Positions 1 through 9,284 of a DNA stretch of 64,000 nt are shown here, piece by piece. Under the pieces are notes generated by a model. It was not told the DNA's origin, ran no database searches, and worked only from the letters and a program-made list of their open reading frames with translations. Position 1 is the first letter of the stretch; each line of letters opens with the position of its first letter. The position numbers and the translations under genes are program-made. The stretch is taken from NCBI GenBank assembly GCA_947461195.1, contig CANHIU010000003.1, forward strand, positions 1,131-65,130. The letters are read 5' to 3'. This DNA comes from Bradyrhizobiaceae bacterium (GTDB lineage: Bacteria > Pseudomonadota > Alphaproteobacteria > Rhizobiales > Aestuariivirgaceae).

Positions 1-2
1 AC

Positions 3-656
3 ATCATCCAGCATTGCGAGGTGAAGGGCATCCGCATCGAAAACGGCAAGGTGCTGGGTGTGGACACCAGCAAGGGCTTCATCAAGTGCAAGAAGCTGGG
101 ACTCGCCACGGCAGGCAATTCCTCCGAGACGGCCGCCATGGCCGGCATGAAGCTGCCGATCGAAAGCCATGTGCTGCAGGCCTTCGTGTCGGAGGGGCTG
201 AAGCCCTATATTGACGGCGTCGTCACCTTCGGTGCGGGGCACTTCTACGTCTCGCAGTCCGACAAGGGCGGGCTCGTCTTCGGTGGCGACATCGACGGCT
301 ATAATTCCTATGCCCGGCGCGGCAACCTGCCGATGGTGGAGCATGTGGTGGAGGCGGGCGTCGCCATGATCCCGTCGATTGCCCGCGTGCGCGTGCTGCG
401 ATCCTGGGGCGGCATCATGGACATGTCGATGGATGGCTCGCCCATCATCGACAAGACGCATATCCAGGGTCTCTATCTCAATGCCGGCTGGTGCTATGGC
501 GGCTTCAAGGCCACGCCCGCCTCCGGCTGGTGCTTTGCGCACACCATCGCCAAGGACGAACCCCACAAGCTCAACGCCGCCTATCGTCTGGACCGGTTCC
601 GCACCGGCCACATGCTCGACGAAAAGGGCCAGGGCGCCACACCGAACCTGCACTGA
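3..656 (+). CDS. soxB: Sarcosine oxidase subunit beta (5'-partial; frame open from window start)
   Basis: C-terminal motifs PIESHVLQAFVSE, YVSQSDKG, WGGIMDMSMDGSPII, GWCYGGFKATP; first gene of the soxBDAG array. Confidence 0.95.
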   Translation: MIQHCEVKGIRIENGKVLGVDTSKGFIKCKKLGLATAGNSSETAAMAGMKLPIESHVLQAFVSEGLKPYIDGVVTFGAGHFYVSQSDKGGLVFGGDIDGYNSYARRGNLPMVEHVVEAGVAMIPSIARVRVLRSWGGIMDMSMDGSPIIDKTHIQGLYLNAGWCYGGFKATPASGWCFAHTIAKDEPHKLNAAYRLDRFRTGHMLDEKGQGATPNLH

Positions 657-668
657 CGGATCAAGCCC

Positions 669-953
669 ATGCTCATCCCATGCCCCCATTGCGGCACGCG
701 CCCCGTCGAGGAGTTCACCTTCCTCGGTGACGCGAAGCCAACCCGCCCCACCACCAACGATCCCGCCTCCATGGACCAGTGGTTCGACTACGTCTATCTG
801 CGTGACAATCCGCGGGGGCGCTTCGACGAATATGCCCATCACTCCGGCGGCTGCCGTGCCTGGCTCGTCGTCTCGCGCAACACCGAGACGCATGAAGTCC
901 ATGGCGCGGTGACGGCGCGCGACTATGGCAAGGCGAAGGGAGTGAAGGCATGA
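669..953 (+). CDS. soxD: Sarcosine oxidase subunit delta
   Basis: MLIPCPHCGxRP...EF, YLRDNPRG, HxxGC zinc ligands; position in operon. Confidence 0.95.
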   Translation: MLIPCPHCGTRPVEEFTFLGDAKPTRPTTNDPASMDQWFDYVYLRDNPRGRFDEYAHHSGGCRAWLVVSRNTETHEVHGAVTARDYGKAKGVKA

Positions 954-3868
954 GCTCCTATCGTCTCGCAAAGGGCGGACTGATCGACCGGGCGACGGAG
1001 CTTGCCTTCACCTTCGACGGCAAGCGCTTCACCGGCCACACAGGCGATACGCTGGCCTCCGCACTGCTGGCCAACGGCGTCACGCTGATGGGCCGCTCCT
1101 TCAAGTATCACCGGCCTCGGAGCGTCATCACGGCGGGTGCGGCAGAGCCCAATGCGCTCGTCGAGCTGCGCGAGGGCGGACGCAAGGAAGCCAATACCCG
1201 TGCCACCATGGCGGAGCTCTATGATGGGCTCGTGGCCAACAGCCAGAACCGCTGGCCTTCGCTGGAATTCGACGTGGGCGCCATCAACTCGCTCGCCTCC
1301 TCGATTTTCGTCGCGGGCTTCTACTACAAGACCTTCATGTGGCCGAAGAGCTTCTGGGAGAAGATCTACGAGCCCCTGATCCGCCGTGCGGCGGGTCTCG
1401 GCACAGCGTCGAAGCTGCCCGACCCCGACAAATACGAGAAGGCCTATGCCCATTGTGACCTGGCTGTCATCGGCTCCGGCCCCACCGGGCTGATGGCGGC
1501 GCTGGCTGCCGCCCGCTCCGGCAAGCGCGTCGTGCTGGCGGACGAGGGCTCGGCACTCGGCGGCTCTCTCCTCTTCGAACGTGAGGAGATCGGCAATCAG
1601 CCGGGTCTCGACTGGGCGCAGGGCGTCCTCGCGGAACTCGCCTCGCTTCCCAACGTCACGCTCATGCCGCGCACCACCGTGGTGGGCTGGTTCGACGGCA
1701 ATGTGTTGGGCGCGGTGGAGCGCGTGAACGATCACGTGGCGGTACCTGATCCTTATGAGCCGCGACAGCGCTATTGGCGCATCATCGCGAAGCGCGCCGT
1801 GCTGGCGGCGGGTGCGGAAGAGCGCCCCGTGGCCTTCGGCGGCAATGACGTGCCGGGCGTGATGCTCGCCTCCGCCATGCGCAACTATGCCAATCGCTAT
1901 GCCGTGGCGGCGGGCCGCTCGGTGGTCGTCTTCGGCAATAATGATTGCGCCTACCGCACCGCGCGGGACCTGAAGGCCCATGGCGTCCATGTCGAGGCCA
2001 TCATCGACAGCCGCAAGGAGTCCAAGGCCGATGCGGCGGGCGTTCCCGTGCTGCGCGGCCGGATGATTGCGGATGTGACGGGCGGCAAGTCTGTCAAGGC
2101 CGTGCACCTCACCGATGGCACGCATATCTCCTGCGAGGCCGTGGCCATGTCCGGGGGCTGGAGCCCCATCGTCAACCTCGCTTGCCACAGGGGTGCGAAG
2201 CCCAAGTGGGATGCGAATCTGCTGGCCTTCCTGCCGCCGGAGACGGGTGCTGCCTTCTCTGCCGCGGGGTCTGCCGCGGGCCGCATGCTGCTGTCCGAAT
2301 GCCTTGCTGATGGAGCTGCGAAGGGCGCGCTCGATGGCAAGACCATCGATGTTCCCAAGTGCCGCGACGAGGCCTTCAGCATCGCTCCGCTGTGGTGGGT
2401 GAAGGGGTCCCGGGCCAAGGCCTTCATCGACTACCAGAATGACGCCACCGCCAAGGACCTGCCGCTCGCCGCGCGCGAGGGCTACAAGGACATCGAGCTC
2501 GCCAAGCGCTACACCACCACCGGCATGGCGACCGACCAGGGCAAGCTCGGCAACGTCAATGCCATCGCCATCATGGCGGAGGCGACCGGCCGCACGATGG
2601 ACCAGGTGGGCACCACCACATTCCGCCCCTTCTACACGCCGGTTGCCTTCGGCGCCTTCGCGGGACCCTTCACCGGGCACCATTTCCAGCCTGTGCGCAA
2701 GACGCCGCTCAATGACTGGGCGGAGGAGCTGGGAGCGGTCTTCGTCGAAACCGGCTTGTGGATGCGCTCTTCCTGGTTCCCGCAGGAAGGCGAGGACTGG
2801 CTGGCCTCCGCCTCGCGTGAGGTGCTGGCCACGCGCAATGCGGTCGGCATCTGCGATGTCTCGACGCTGGGCAAGATCGACGTGCAGGGCAGGGATGCCG
2901 GGGCCTTCCTCGACAAGCTCTACTGCAACACCTTCTCCACCCTCGCCGTGGGCAAGGCGCGCTATGGCCTCATGCTGCGCGAGGACGGCGTCGTCTATGA
3001 CGATGGCACCACCTCGCGCCTCGCCGAGGATCACTATGTGATGACCACCACCACGGCCAATGCCGCCAAGGTGATGGCGCAGATGGAATTCGCCCACCAG
3101 GCGCTGTTCCCGGATCTGGACGTCACCTATGTCTCCGTCACCGAGCAATGGGCGCAGATGGCGGTTGCCGGGCCGAAGGCGCGGCCCACGCTGCAGAAGA
3201 TCATCGATGATCTGGTGATGACGGACGAGAGCGTGCCTTACATGGCGGCGCTTGAGGTCACCATCCTTGGCGGTGTTCCGGCGCGGCTCTTCCGGCTGTC
3301 CTTCTCAGGCGAGCACGCTTACGAACTGGCGGTGCCTGCCGACTATGGCAACATGGCTGCACGCGCGGTGATGCAGGCCGGTGCGGAATTCGGCATAACG
3401 CCCTATGGCGTCGAGGCGCTCTCCATCATGCGCATCGAGAAGGGCCATGTGGCGGGTGGCGAATTGAACGGCACCACAACGGCGGGCGACCTCGGCATGG
3501 GCAAGATGCAGTCCACCAAGAAGGACTACATCGGACGGATGATGGCGCAGCGTCCGGGCCTGACCGACCCCAACCGGCAATGCGTCGTCGGCATCCGCCC
3601 GGTGGACGCCTCGGACCGCATCCGCTCCGGCGCCCACATCCTGAAGAAGGACGGCAAGCCCTCGATGGCGAATGACCAGGGCTATGTCACCTCCGTTGCC
3701 TGGTCGCCCATGCTCGACATGTGGATCGGCCTTGCGCTGGTCTCCAACGGCCGGGCGCGCCATGGTGAGATCGTACAGGTCTGGGACGGGCTGCGCGGCG
3801 CCTGCGTGATGGGCGAAATCTGCGACCCGATGCATTTCGACAAGGAGAACAAGAGACTCCATGCGTAA
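950..3868 (+). CDS. soxA: Sarcosine oxidase subunit alpha
   Basis: 972 aa; GDTLASALLANG, RSFKYHRPR, GSGPTG dinucleotide fold, KRYTTTGMATDQGK, C-terminal GcvT-like domain; ATGA overlap with soxD. Confidence 0.97.
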   Translation: MSSYRLAKGGLIDRATELAFTFDGKRFTGHTGDTLASALLANGVTLMGRSFKYHRPRSVITAGAAEPNALVELREGGRKEANTRATMAELYDGLVANSQNRWPSLEFDVGAINSLASSIFVAGFYYKTFMWPKSFWEKIYEPLIRRAAGLGTASKLPDPDKYEKAYAHCDLAVIGSGPTGLMAALAAARSGKRVVLADEGSALGGSLLFEREEIGNQPGLDWAQGVLAELASLPNVTLMPRTTVVGWFDGNVLGAVERVNDHVAVPDPYEPRQRYWRIIAKRAVLAAGAEERPVAFGGNDVPGVMLASAMRNYANRYAVAAGRSVVVFGNNDCAYRTARDLKAHGVHVEAIIDSRKESKADAAGVPVLRGRMIADVTGGKSVKAVHLTDGTHISCEAVAMSGGWSPIVNLACHRGAKPKWDANLLAFLPPETGAAFSAAGSAAGRMLLSECLADGAAKGALDGKTIDVPKCRDEAFSIAPLWWVKGSRAKAFIDYQNDATAKDLPLAAREGYKDIELAKRYTTTGMATDQGKLGNVNAIAIMAEATGRTMDQVGTTTFRPFYTPVAFGAFAGPFTGHHFQPVRKTPLNDWAEELGAVFVETGLWMRSSWFPQEGEDWLASASREVLATRNAVGICDVSTLGKIDVQGRDAGAFLDKLYCNTFSTLAVGKARYGLMLREDGVVYDDGTTSRLAEDHYVMTTTTANAAKVMAQMEFAHQALFPDLDVTYVSVTEQWAQMAVAGPKARPTLQKIIDDLVMTDESVPYMAALEVTILGGVPARLFRLSFSGEHAYELAVPADYGNMAARAVMQAGAEFGITPYGVEALSIMRIEKGHVAGGELNGTTTAGDLGMGKMQSTKKDYIGRMMAQRPGLTDPNRQCVVGIRPVDASDRIRSGAHILKKDGKPSMANDQGYVTSVAWSPMLDMWIGLALVSNGRARHGEIVQVWDGLRGACVMGEICDPMHFDKENKRLHA

Positions 3869-4421
3869 CTCATCCGAACTCATCCTGCCGCGCGTCTCTC
3901 CGCTCACTGGCGTGGCGGTTCAGGGCCGTTTCGGCGCCAGCAAGGGCGCGCCGGGCGTGACTTTCACCGTCCGCCACCCGTTGTCGATCGTCACGGTGAT
4001 CGCCCGTGCGGGGCAGGGCGAGGCCACCGCCGCGGCGCTTCGGGACCACCACCCGCAATGGGCAGGACCAGACCAGTATTTCGTGCTGGCCGAAAACAGG
4101 GGCGAGGGCGCTCTCTATCGCGAACTCAAGGCGAAGCTGTCCGGGCTTGCCTCCGTCACGGACCAGAGCCATGGCCGTGTCGTCATCCGCATCGCAGGTC
4201 CCAGGGCCCGCGCCGTGCTGGCCAAGGGAACGCCCGTCGATCTGAACCCGGATGCCTTCCCGTCCGGCACATCCGCACTCACACAGATGGCCCATGTCGG
4301 TGTGCACCTTACGCGCGCAGGCGATGATGTTTTCGACCTCTCCGTGTTCCGCGGCTTCTCCGAGAGCTTCTGGGAGTGGATCACCGAACAGGCTGCGGAA
4401 TTCGGCTACCAGGTCATTTGA
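3861..4421 (+). CDS. soxG: Sarcosine oxidase subunit gamma
   Basis: DQSHGR, LAKGxPVDL, RGFSESFWEW motifs; overlaps soxA stop. Confidence 0.93.
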   Translation: MRNSSELILPRVSPLTGVAVQGRFGASKGAPGVTFTVRHPLSIVTVIARAGQGEATAAALRDHHPQWAGPDQYFVLAENRGEGALYRELKAKLSGLASVTDQSHGRVVIRIAGPRARAVLAKGTPVDLNPDAFPSGTSALTQMAHVGVHLTRAGDDVFDLSVFRGFSESFWEWITEQAAEFGYQVI

Positions 4422-4548
4422 TCCGGCTTAGACTTTCGGCTAGATCGACGGACTCGTTTGATCCGCACTTATCAGTTGTGCGTTATTCTCCTTTTGAACT
4501 GTAACAAGCAAGCCGGCTAGCGGCTGCACAAACCGGGAGGAAAGACCG

Positions 4549-5676
4549 ATGTCGAAGAACCGCAAAGCCGCCGACGCCGCTTCACGCCGCGCCTTCCTGA
4601 AGTCGGGAGCGACCGCCGCAGCGGTGGGCGCCGCCACAATCGCGATGCCCAATGTGGCCCGCGCACAGGAAGCCGTGGTGTTCAAGTTCCAGAGCACGTG
4701 GCCGGCGAAGGACATCTTCCATGAGTATGCGCAAGATTTCGTCAACCGGGTCAATGAGATGGGTGGCGGGCGCCTGAAGATCGAGCTGCTTGCCGCGGGC
4801 GCGGTGGCCAAGGCGCTCGAGGTTCAGGATGCTGTTCTCTCCGGCACGCTCGATGGCGGCCATGGCGTCACCGCCTACTGGTATGGCAAGCACAAGGCCT
4901 TTTCCCTGTTCGGTACGCCGCCCGCCTGGGGCTGGCGCGCCAACCAGATGTTGGGCTGGATCAAGTATGGCGGCGGCCAGGCGCTGTATGATGAACTCGT
5001 GCAGCAGGTCCTGGGGCTTGACCTTGTCGGCTTCCTGACGGGTCCGATGCCGACCCAGCCGCTGGGCTGGTTCAAGCAGCAGGTCACCGACGCCGCACAG
5101 CTTCAGGGCCTCAAGTACCGCACCGTCGGCCTCTCTGCCGACCTATTCAAGGAGATGGGGGCCGCCGTCACCATCATGGGCGGTGGCGAGATCGTGCCGG
5201 CCATGGACCGCGGCCTTCTCGATGCGGCTGAGTTCAACAACCCGACCTCCGACACGATCCTGGGCTTCCCCGACGTTTCCAAGGATTACATGGTGCAGAG
5301 CTACCATCAGGCGGCCGAATGCTTCGAGATCGTCTTCAACAAGACCAAGTTCGATGCACTGCCTGCGGAGCTTCAGGCCGTGATCCGCTATTCTGCAGAG
5401 TCTGCGTCTTCCGACATGAGCTGGAAGGCGATGGATCGCTACTCCAAGGACCTCGAGGCCCTGAAGGCAGCAGGTGTGAAGGTGCACCAGACGCCGGACT
5501 CCGTGTTGCAGTCACAGCTTGCGGCATGGGACAATGTGATCGCAGCGCAGTCAGCCGATCCCTTCTTCGCCAAGGTTGTGGAGAGCCAGAAGGCCTGGGT
5601 CAAGCGCGTGGTGGGCGCGCAGTTCGAGCTCGAAGTCGACCAGAAACTGGCTTACGATCACTTCTTCAAGGCTTGA
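4549..5676 (+). CDS. dctP: TRAP transporter substrate-binding protein (DctP; TakP/FcbT1-like), Tat signal
   Basis: SRRAFLK twin-arginine signal; FQSTWP, GRLKIE, YWYGK, LDAAEF motifs; GGGAGG SD upstream. Confidence 0.9.
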   Translation: MSKNRKAADAASRRAFLKSGATAAAVGAATIAMPNVARAQEAVVFKFQSTWPAKDIFHEYAQDFVNRVNEMGGGRLKIELLAAGAVAKALEVQDAVLSGTLDGGHGVTAYWYGKHKAFSLFGTPPAWGWRANQMLGWIKYGGGQALYDELVQQVLGLDLVGFLTGPMPTQPLGWFKQQVTDAAQLQGLKYRTVGLSADLFKEMGAAVTIMGGGEIVPAMDRGLLDAAEFNNPTSDTILGFPDVSKDYMVQSYHQAAECFEIVFNKTKFDALPAELQAVIRYSAESASSDMSWKAMDRYSKDLEALKAAGVKVHQTPDSVLQSQLAAWDNVIAAQSADPFFAKVVESQKAWVKRVVGAQFELEVDQKLAYDHFFKA

Positions 5677-5695
5677 GGGACGTACCAACGGAAGA

Positions 5696-5726
5696 ATGCT
5701 GGCCGGGGGATATCCCTCGGCGGCAT
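5696..5726 (+). other. Intercistronic stem-loop after dctP (mRNA stabiliser or partial terminator)
   Basis: GCCGGGGGA-TA-TCCCTCGGC flanked by ATGC/GCAT; no U-tract. Confidence 0.5.
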
Positions 5727-5749
5727 CGCCGGATGGAGGGGGGTCAGTG

Positions 5750-6640
5750 ATGAAGCTCGACCGCTGGGCCTTTGCGCTGTTTGCGCTGGGCGTGGCCGTA
5801 ATCGTTGCGGCCATGTTCTGGTCTCTTGCCGCCTATGGCGAAGTGGGCCGGATGGTGGCGAGCAAGGGGCTGAGGCCCAACAACAGCTTCGCTTGTTTCG
5901 TCTCCTGGGCGGAACGCTGTGCGCTGCTCACCGAAGCCCATGCGAAGAAGGGCACGACTGCCTACTCTCCGCTCGCCTTCTGGGCAGGCGTCGCGATGAT
6001 CCTCGCCAGTTTCTGGTTGCAACTGAAGCCGCGTATGCCGGGAGAGGCCTGGGCGCCTCGCCTGCAGCGTCTTCTGCTGCCGGTTGACCGCGTCAGCGCC
6101 ATCGTGGGGCAGTTCTTCGCCTGGTCCATCCTGCTGCTGACTTTTGCCGTCAGTTACGAGGTGTTCTCCCGCTATGTGCTGGGCGCGCCGACCGACTGGG
6201 CGTTTGATGCGAGCTATATTCTTTATGGACTCCTCTTCATCATGGCGGGCGCCTATGCGCTGTCGCGCAATGCCCATGTGCGTGGCGACTTCCTCTACCG
6301 TGCCTGGTCGCAGCGCCGGCAGGCGATGATGGATCTCGTGCTGTATGGGCTGTTCTTCTTCCCCGCCATCATCGCTTTCATCTATTCAGGCTATGGCTTC
6401 GCAGCCCAGTCCTGGTTCAGCCATGAGCATTCGGCCTATAGCCCGTCCGGACCGCCGATTTATCACTACAAGACGGCGATTCCCGTGACCGGCGTTCTGC
6501 TGCTGCTGCAGGGTGTGGTTGAGGTGGCGCGTTGCCTCGTGTGCATCCGGACGGGTGGCTGGCCGCAACGCCTTCACGATGTGGAGGAACTCGAGAAACT
6601 CATCCTTGAAGAGCGCGCCAGCCGGGAGGCAAGCACATGA
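5750..6640 (+). CDS. dctQ: TRAP small permease DctQ with ~100-aa N-terminal two-TM extension
   Basis: ATG 5750 after GGAGGGGGG; DctQ core (VDRVSAIVG...EVFSRY...HVRGD...YKTAIP) begins near residue 105. Confidence 0.85.
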   Translation: MKLDRWAFALFALGVAVIVAAMFWSLAAYGEVGRMVASKGLRPNNSFACFVSWAERCALLTEAHAKKGTTAYSPLAFWAGVAMILASFWLQLKPRMPGEAWAPRLQRLLLPVDRVSAIVGQFFAWSILLLTFAVSYEVFSRYVLGAPTDWAFDASYILYGLLFIMAGAYALSRNAHVRGDFLYRAWSQRRQAMMDLVLYGLFFFPAIIAFIYSGYGFAAQSWFSHEHSAYSPSGPPIYHYKTAIPVTGVLLLLQGVVEVARCLVCIRTGGWPQRLHDVEELEKLILEERASREAST

Positions 6641-7968
6641 CGGATCCGCAACTCGGCGTCCTGATGCTGATCATGTTCGTCGGGCTCATCATGCTCGGCT
6701 TTCCGATCGCCTTCACGCTGATGGCCATGGCGGTGGGCTTCGCCTATCTGGCCTTCGACGGCAACTGGGAACCGGTGATGTCGCTGCTCGTGCAGCGCAC
6801 CTGGTCGGTGATGACCAACGACATTCTGATCTCCGTGCCGCTGTTCGTGTTCATGGGCTACATCATCGAACGCGCCAACATCCTTGATCGTCTGTTCCGC
6901 TCGATCCAACTGGCGGCGGGCGGTCTTCCCGGATCGCTTGCGGTGGCGACCCTCATCACCTGTACGCTGTTCGCGACCGCTACCGGCATCGTCGGCGCCG
7001 TGGTGACGCTGATGGGCCTGCTCGCCTTTCCGGTCATGCTGCGCAACGGTTATGACGTTCGGCTCTCGGCTGGCGTGGTCTGCGCCGGCGGCTGCCTGGG
7101 CATCCTCATCCCGCCCTCGATCATGCTGATCCTTTATGGCGCCACTGCAGGCGTCTCGCCCGTGCAACTCTATGCTGGCGCCCTGTTTCCCGGCCTCATG
7201 CTGGCGGGCCTCTACATCGCCTACGTCATGATCCGCGCCATGCTGAACCCCAAGCTGGCGCCACCCTTGCCGCTGGAAGAGAGAAACGTGCCAGTTGCCA
7301 CGGTGTTCTACGAACTCGCCACATCCTTCGTGCCATTGGCATTGCTGATCATGGCGGTGCTGGGCGCCATCATGTTCGGTATCGCCACGCCTTCGGAGGC
7401 TGCCGCCATCGGCGCGCTGGGCGCGCTCGTTCTGGCCGCCGCCTATCGATCACTCAGCTTCGCGAAACTGAAGGAGTCGGTTTATCTTACGGCGCGGACA
7501 TCGGCCATGGTGGGTTGGCTCTTTGTCGGCTCATTCACCTTCTCCGCCGTCTTCGCCATCCTTGGCGGCGATGCCGTGATCAAGGACTTCGTGGTGGGGC
7601 TCGACCTCACGCCATTCATGTTCCTGCTGGTTACGCAGATCATCATTTTCATTCTCGGCTGGCCGCTGGAGTGGACCGAGATCATCGTCATCTTCGTGCC
7701 GATCTTCCTGCCGCTGCTCGATCACTTCGGCATTGACCCGCTGTTCTTCGGCCTGCTGATCGCCCTCAACATCCAGACCTCGTTCCTCTCTCCGCCGGTT
7801 GCCATGGCCCCCTTCTATCTGAAGGGGGTGGCGCCGAAGGAGGTGAGCATCAACGACATCTTCGCGGGCGTGATGCCCTTCATCGTCATCGTCATCGGCT
7901 CCATGGCGATGCTCTACACCTTCCCGCAGATCGGGCTCTGGCTGCCGGAGCAGCTTTACGGGCGGTGA
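6637..7968 (+). CDS. dctM: TRAP large permease DctM
   Basis: Very hydrophobic 443 aa; LISVPLFVFMG, GTxGILIPPS-like CLGILIPPS, ATPSEAAA, SFLSPP motifs. Confidence 0.93.
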   Translation: MTDPQLGVLMLIMFVGLIMLGFPIAFTLMAMAVGFAYLAFDGNWEPVMSLLVQRTWSVMTNDILISVPLFVFMGYIIERANILDRLFRSIQLAAGGLPGSLAVATLITCTLFATATGIVGAVVTLMGLLAFPVMLRNGYDVRLSAGVVCAGGCLGILIPPSIMLILYGATAGVSPVQLYAGALFPGLMLAGLYIAYVMIRAMLNPKLAPPLPLEERNVPVATVFYELATSFVPLALLIMAVLGAIMFGIATPSEAAAIGALGALVLAAAYRSLSFAKLKESVYLTARTSAMVGWLFVGSFTFSAVFAILGGDAVIKDFVVGLDLTPFMFLLVTQIIIFILGWPLEWTEIIVIFVPIFLPLLDHFGIDPLFFGLLIALNIQTSFLSPPVAMAPFYLKGVAPKEVSINDIFAGVMPFIVIVIGSMAMLYTFPQIGLWLPEQLYGR

Positions 7969-7980
7969 CGTGGGGCGCTG

Positions 7981-9153
7981 TCAGATCCGTTCCGCCAGGC
8001 GCGCAATGCGCCTGGAGGCTTCGGTAATCTCTTCAACGCCCACTGTGAGGGCCACGCGCAGGTGCCCGGAACCACCTGCACCGAAGCTCTCGCCCGGCAT
8101 GGTAACGACGTTTTCCTCCGCCAGGAGCCGGCGCGCGAAGTCCTCGCCCGAGAGGCCGGTCTTCCTGACGTCCACCATCACGAACATGCCGCCCTCGGGC
8201 ATGCGGGCCGAGACCGTCTTCGAGCCTTCGAGAGACTTCACCAGGGCGCGTGCGCGCTGTTCATAGGCGCGCTTCATCGCATCGATCTCGGGGAAGTGAT
8301 TGTCGAGCGCGAAGGCTGCCGCATCCTCGATGAAGGGTTGCGAGCCGAACAGCATTGTTTCGGTCACCGGAATGCAACGGTTGCAGAACTCCGCGGATGC
8401 GGCGATCCACCCGGCGCGCAGGCCCGGCAACGCATGTGACTTCGAGATCGACGACACGACGACTGTCCGCTTCTCGAGCTCGGGAATGTCGAAGGGCGAG
8501 GAAAATACGCTATTGCCATAGGTCATGGTGGCATAGACCTCGTCCGATATGATCCACAAGTCGTGCCTTTCGCAGATCTTGCCGATCTTCTCGATCTCCG
8601 ACCGCGTGAAGACGGCCCCCGTCGGGTTCGACGGCGTGTTCATCAGCAGCACGCGCGATTTCGGGGTGATGGCCTTCTCGAGGTCTGCCGCCTTCAGGTG
8701 GAAGCCATGGTCGGGGTCGACCCTGATGGGCGCCTTGATGCCGCCAGCCGCGGCGATGATCCCTTCATAGGTGGCATAATAGGGATCGGCGACCAGCACC
8801 TCGTCACCCTCGTCAACCACCGCCATCATGGCGGCGTAAAGCGCGCTCTGCGTGCCGGGAAGGTAGATGAACTGCGACTCGTCGATCGCGCGTCCCGTCT
8901 GCCGGGTGTAGAGGCACGCCAATGCGTGGCGCACACTGGCCTCGCCCCTGCCCTCGGCATAGCCCAGCCGGCCGGCATGCATCTGGCGGGTGGCTTCATC
9001 CAGAATGGCCGCGGGCGGTGGTGCATCCGGTTCCCCGATCGACAGGAAAATCATGGGCTCGCCCAGGGCGGCCCGGCGCCTGCCCTCGATATGGACAGCC
9101 CACTTGTCCGACCCGAGGCCGCCAAGCCTCGCCGTAACTTTCGCAAATTTCAT
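7981..9153 (-). CDS. Class I PLP aminotransferase, AruH (arginine:pyruvate transaminase)-like
   Basis: LSIGEPD, NTPSNPTG, DEVY, SISKSHALPGLRAGW (PLP Lys); N-terminus MKFAKVTARLGG..KWAVH resembles Pseudomonas AruH as recalled. Confidence 0.85.
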   Translation of the reverse strand: MKFAKVTARLGGLGSDKWAVHIEGRRRAALGEPMIFLSIGEPDAPPPAAILDEATRQMHAGRLGYAEGRGEASVRHALACLYTRQTGRAIDESQFIYLPGTQSALYAAMMAVVDEGDEVLVADPYYATYEGIIAAAGGIKAPIRVDPDHGFHLKAADLEKAITPKSRVLLMNTPSNPTGAVFTRSEIEKIGKICERHDLWIISDEVYATMTYGNSVFSSPFDIPELEKRTVVVSSISKSHALPGLRAGWIAASAEFCNRCIPVTETMLFGSQPFIEDAAAFALDNHFPEIDAMKRAYEQRARALVKSLEGSKTVSARMPEGGMFVMVDVRKTGLSGEDFARRLLAEENVVTMPGESFGAGGSGHLRVALTVGVEEITEASRRIARLAERI

Positions 9154-9284
9154 CTCGGGAACCCTTGTTTTGCCGTGCTTCTAGTGCATCGACACCGGGC
9201 GGTCGAGAGGCCGCGCAGGGGCTTTACATTTCTGGTGGTTAGGTTATTTGTGCAGCGCACCATTCTTCTGTGGATGATCCTAGC

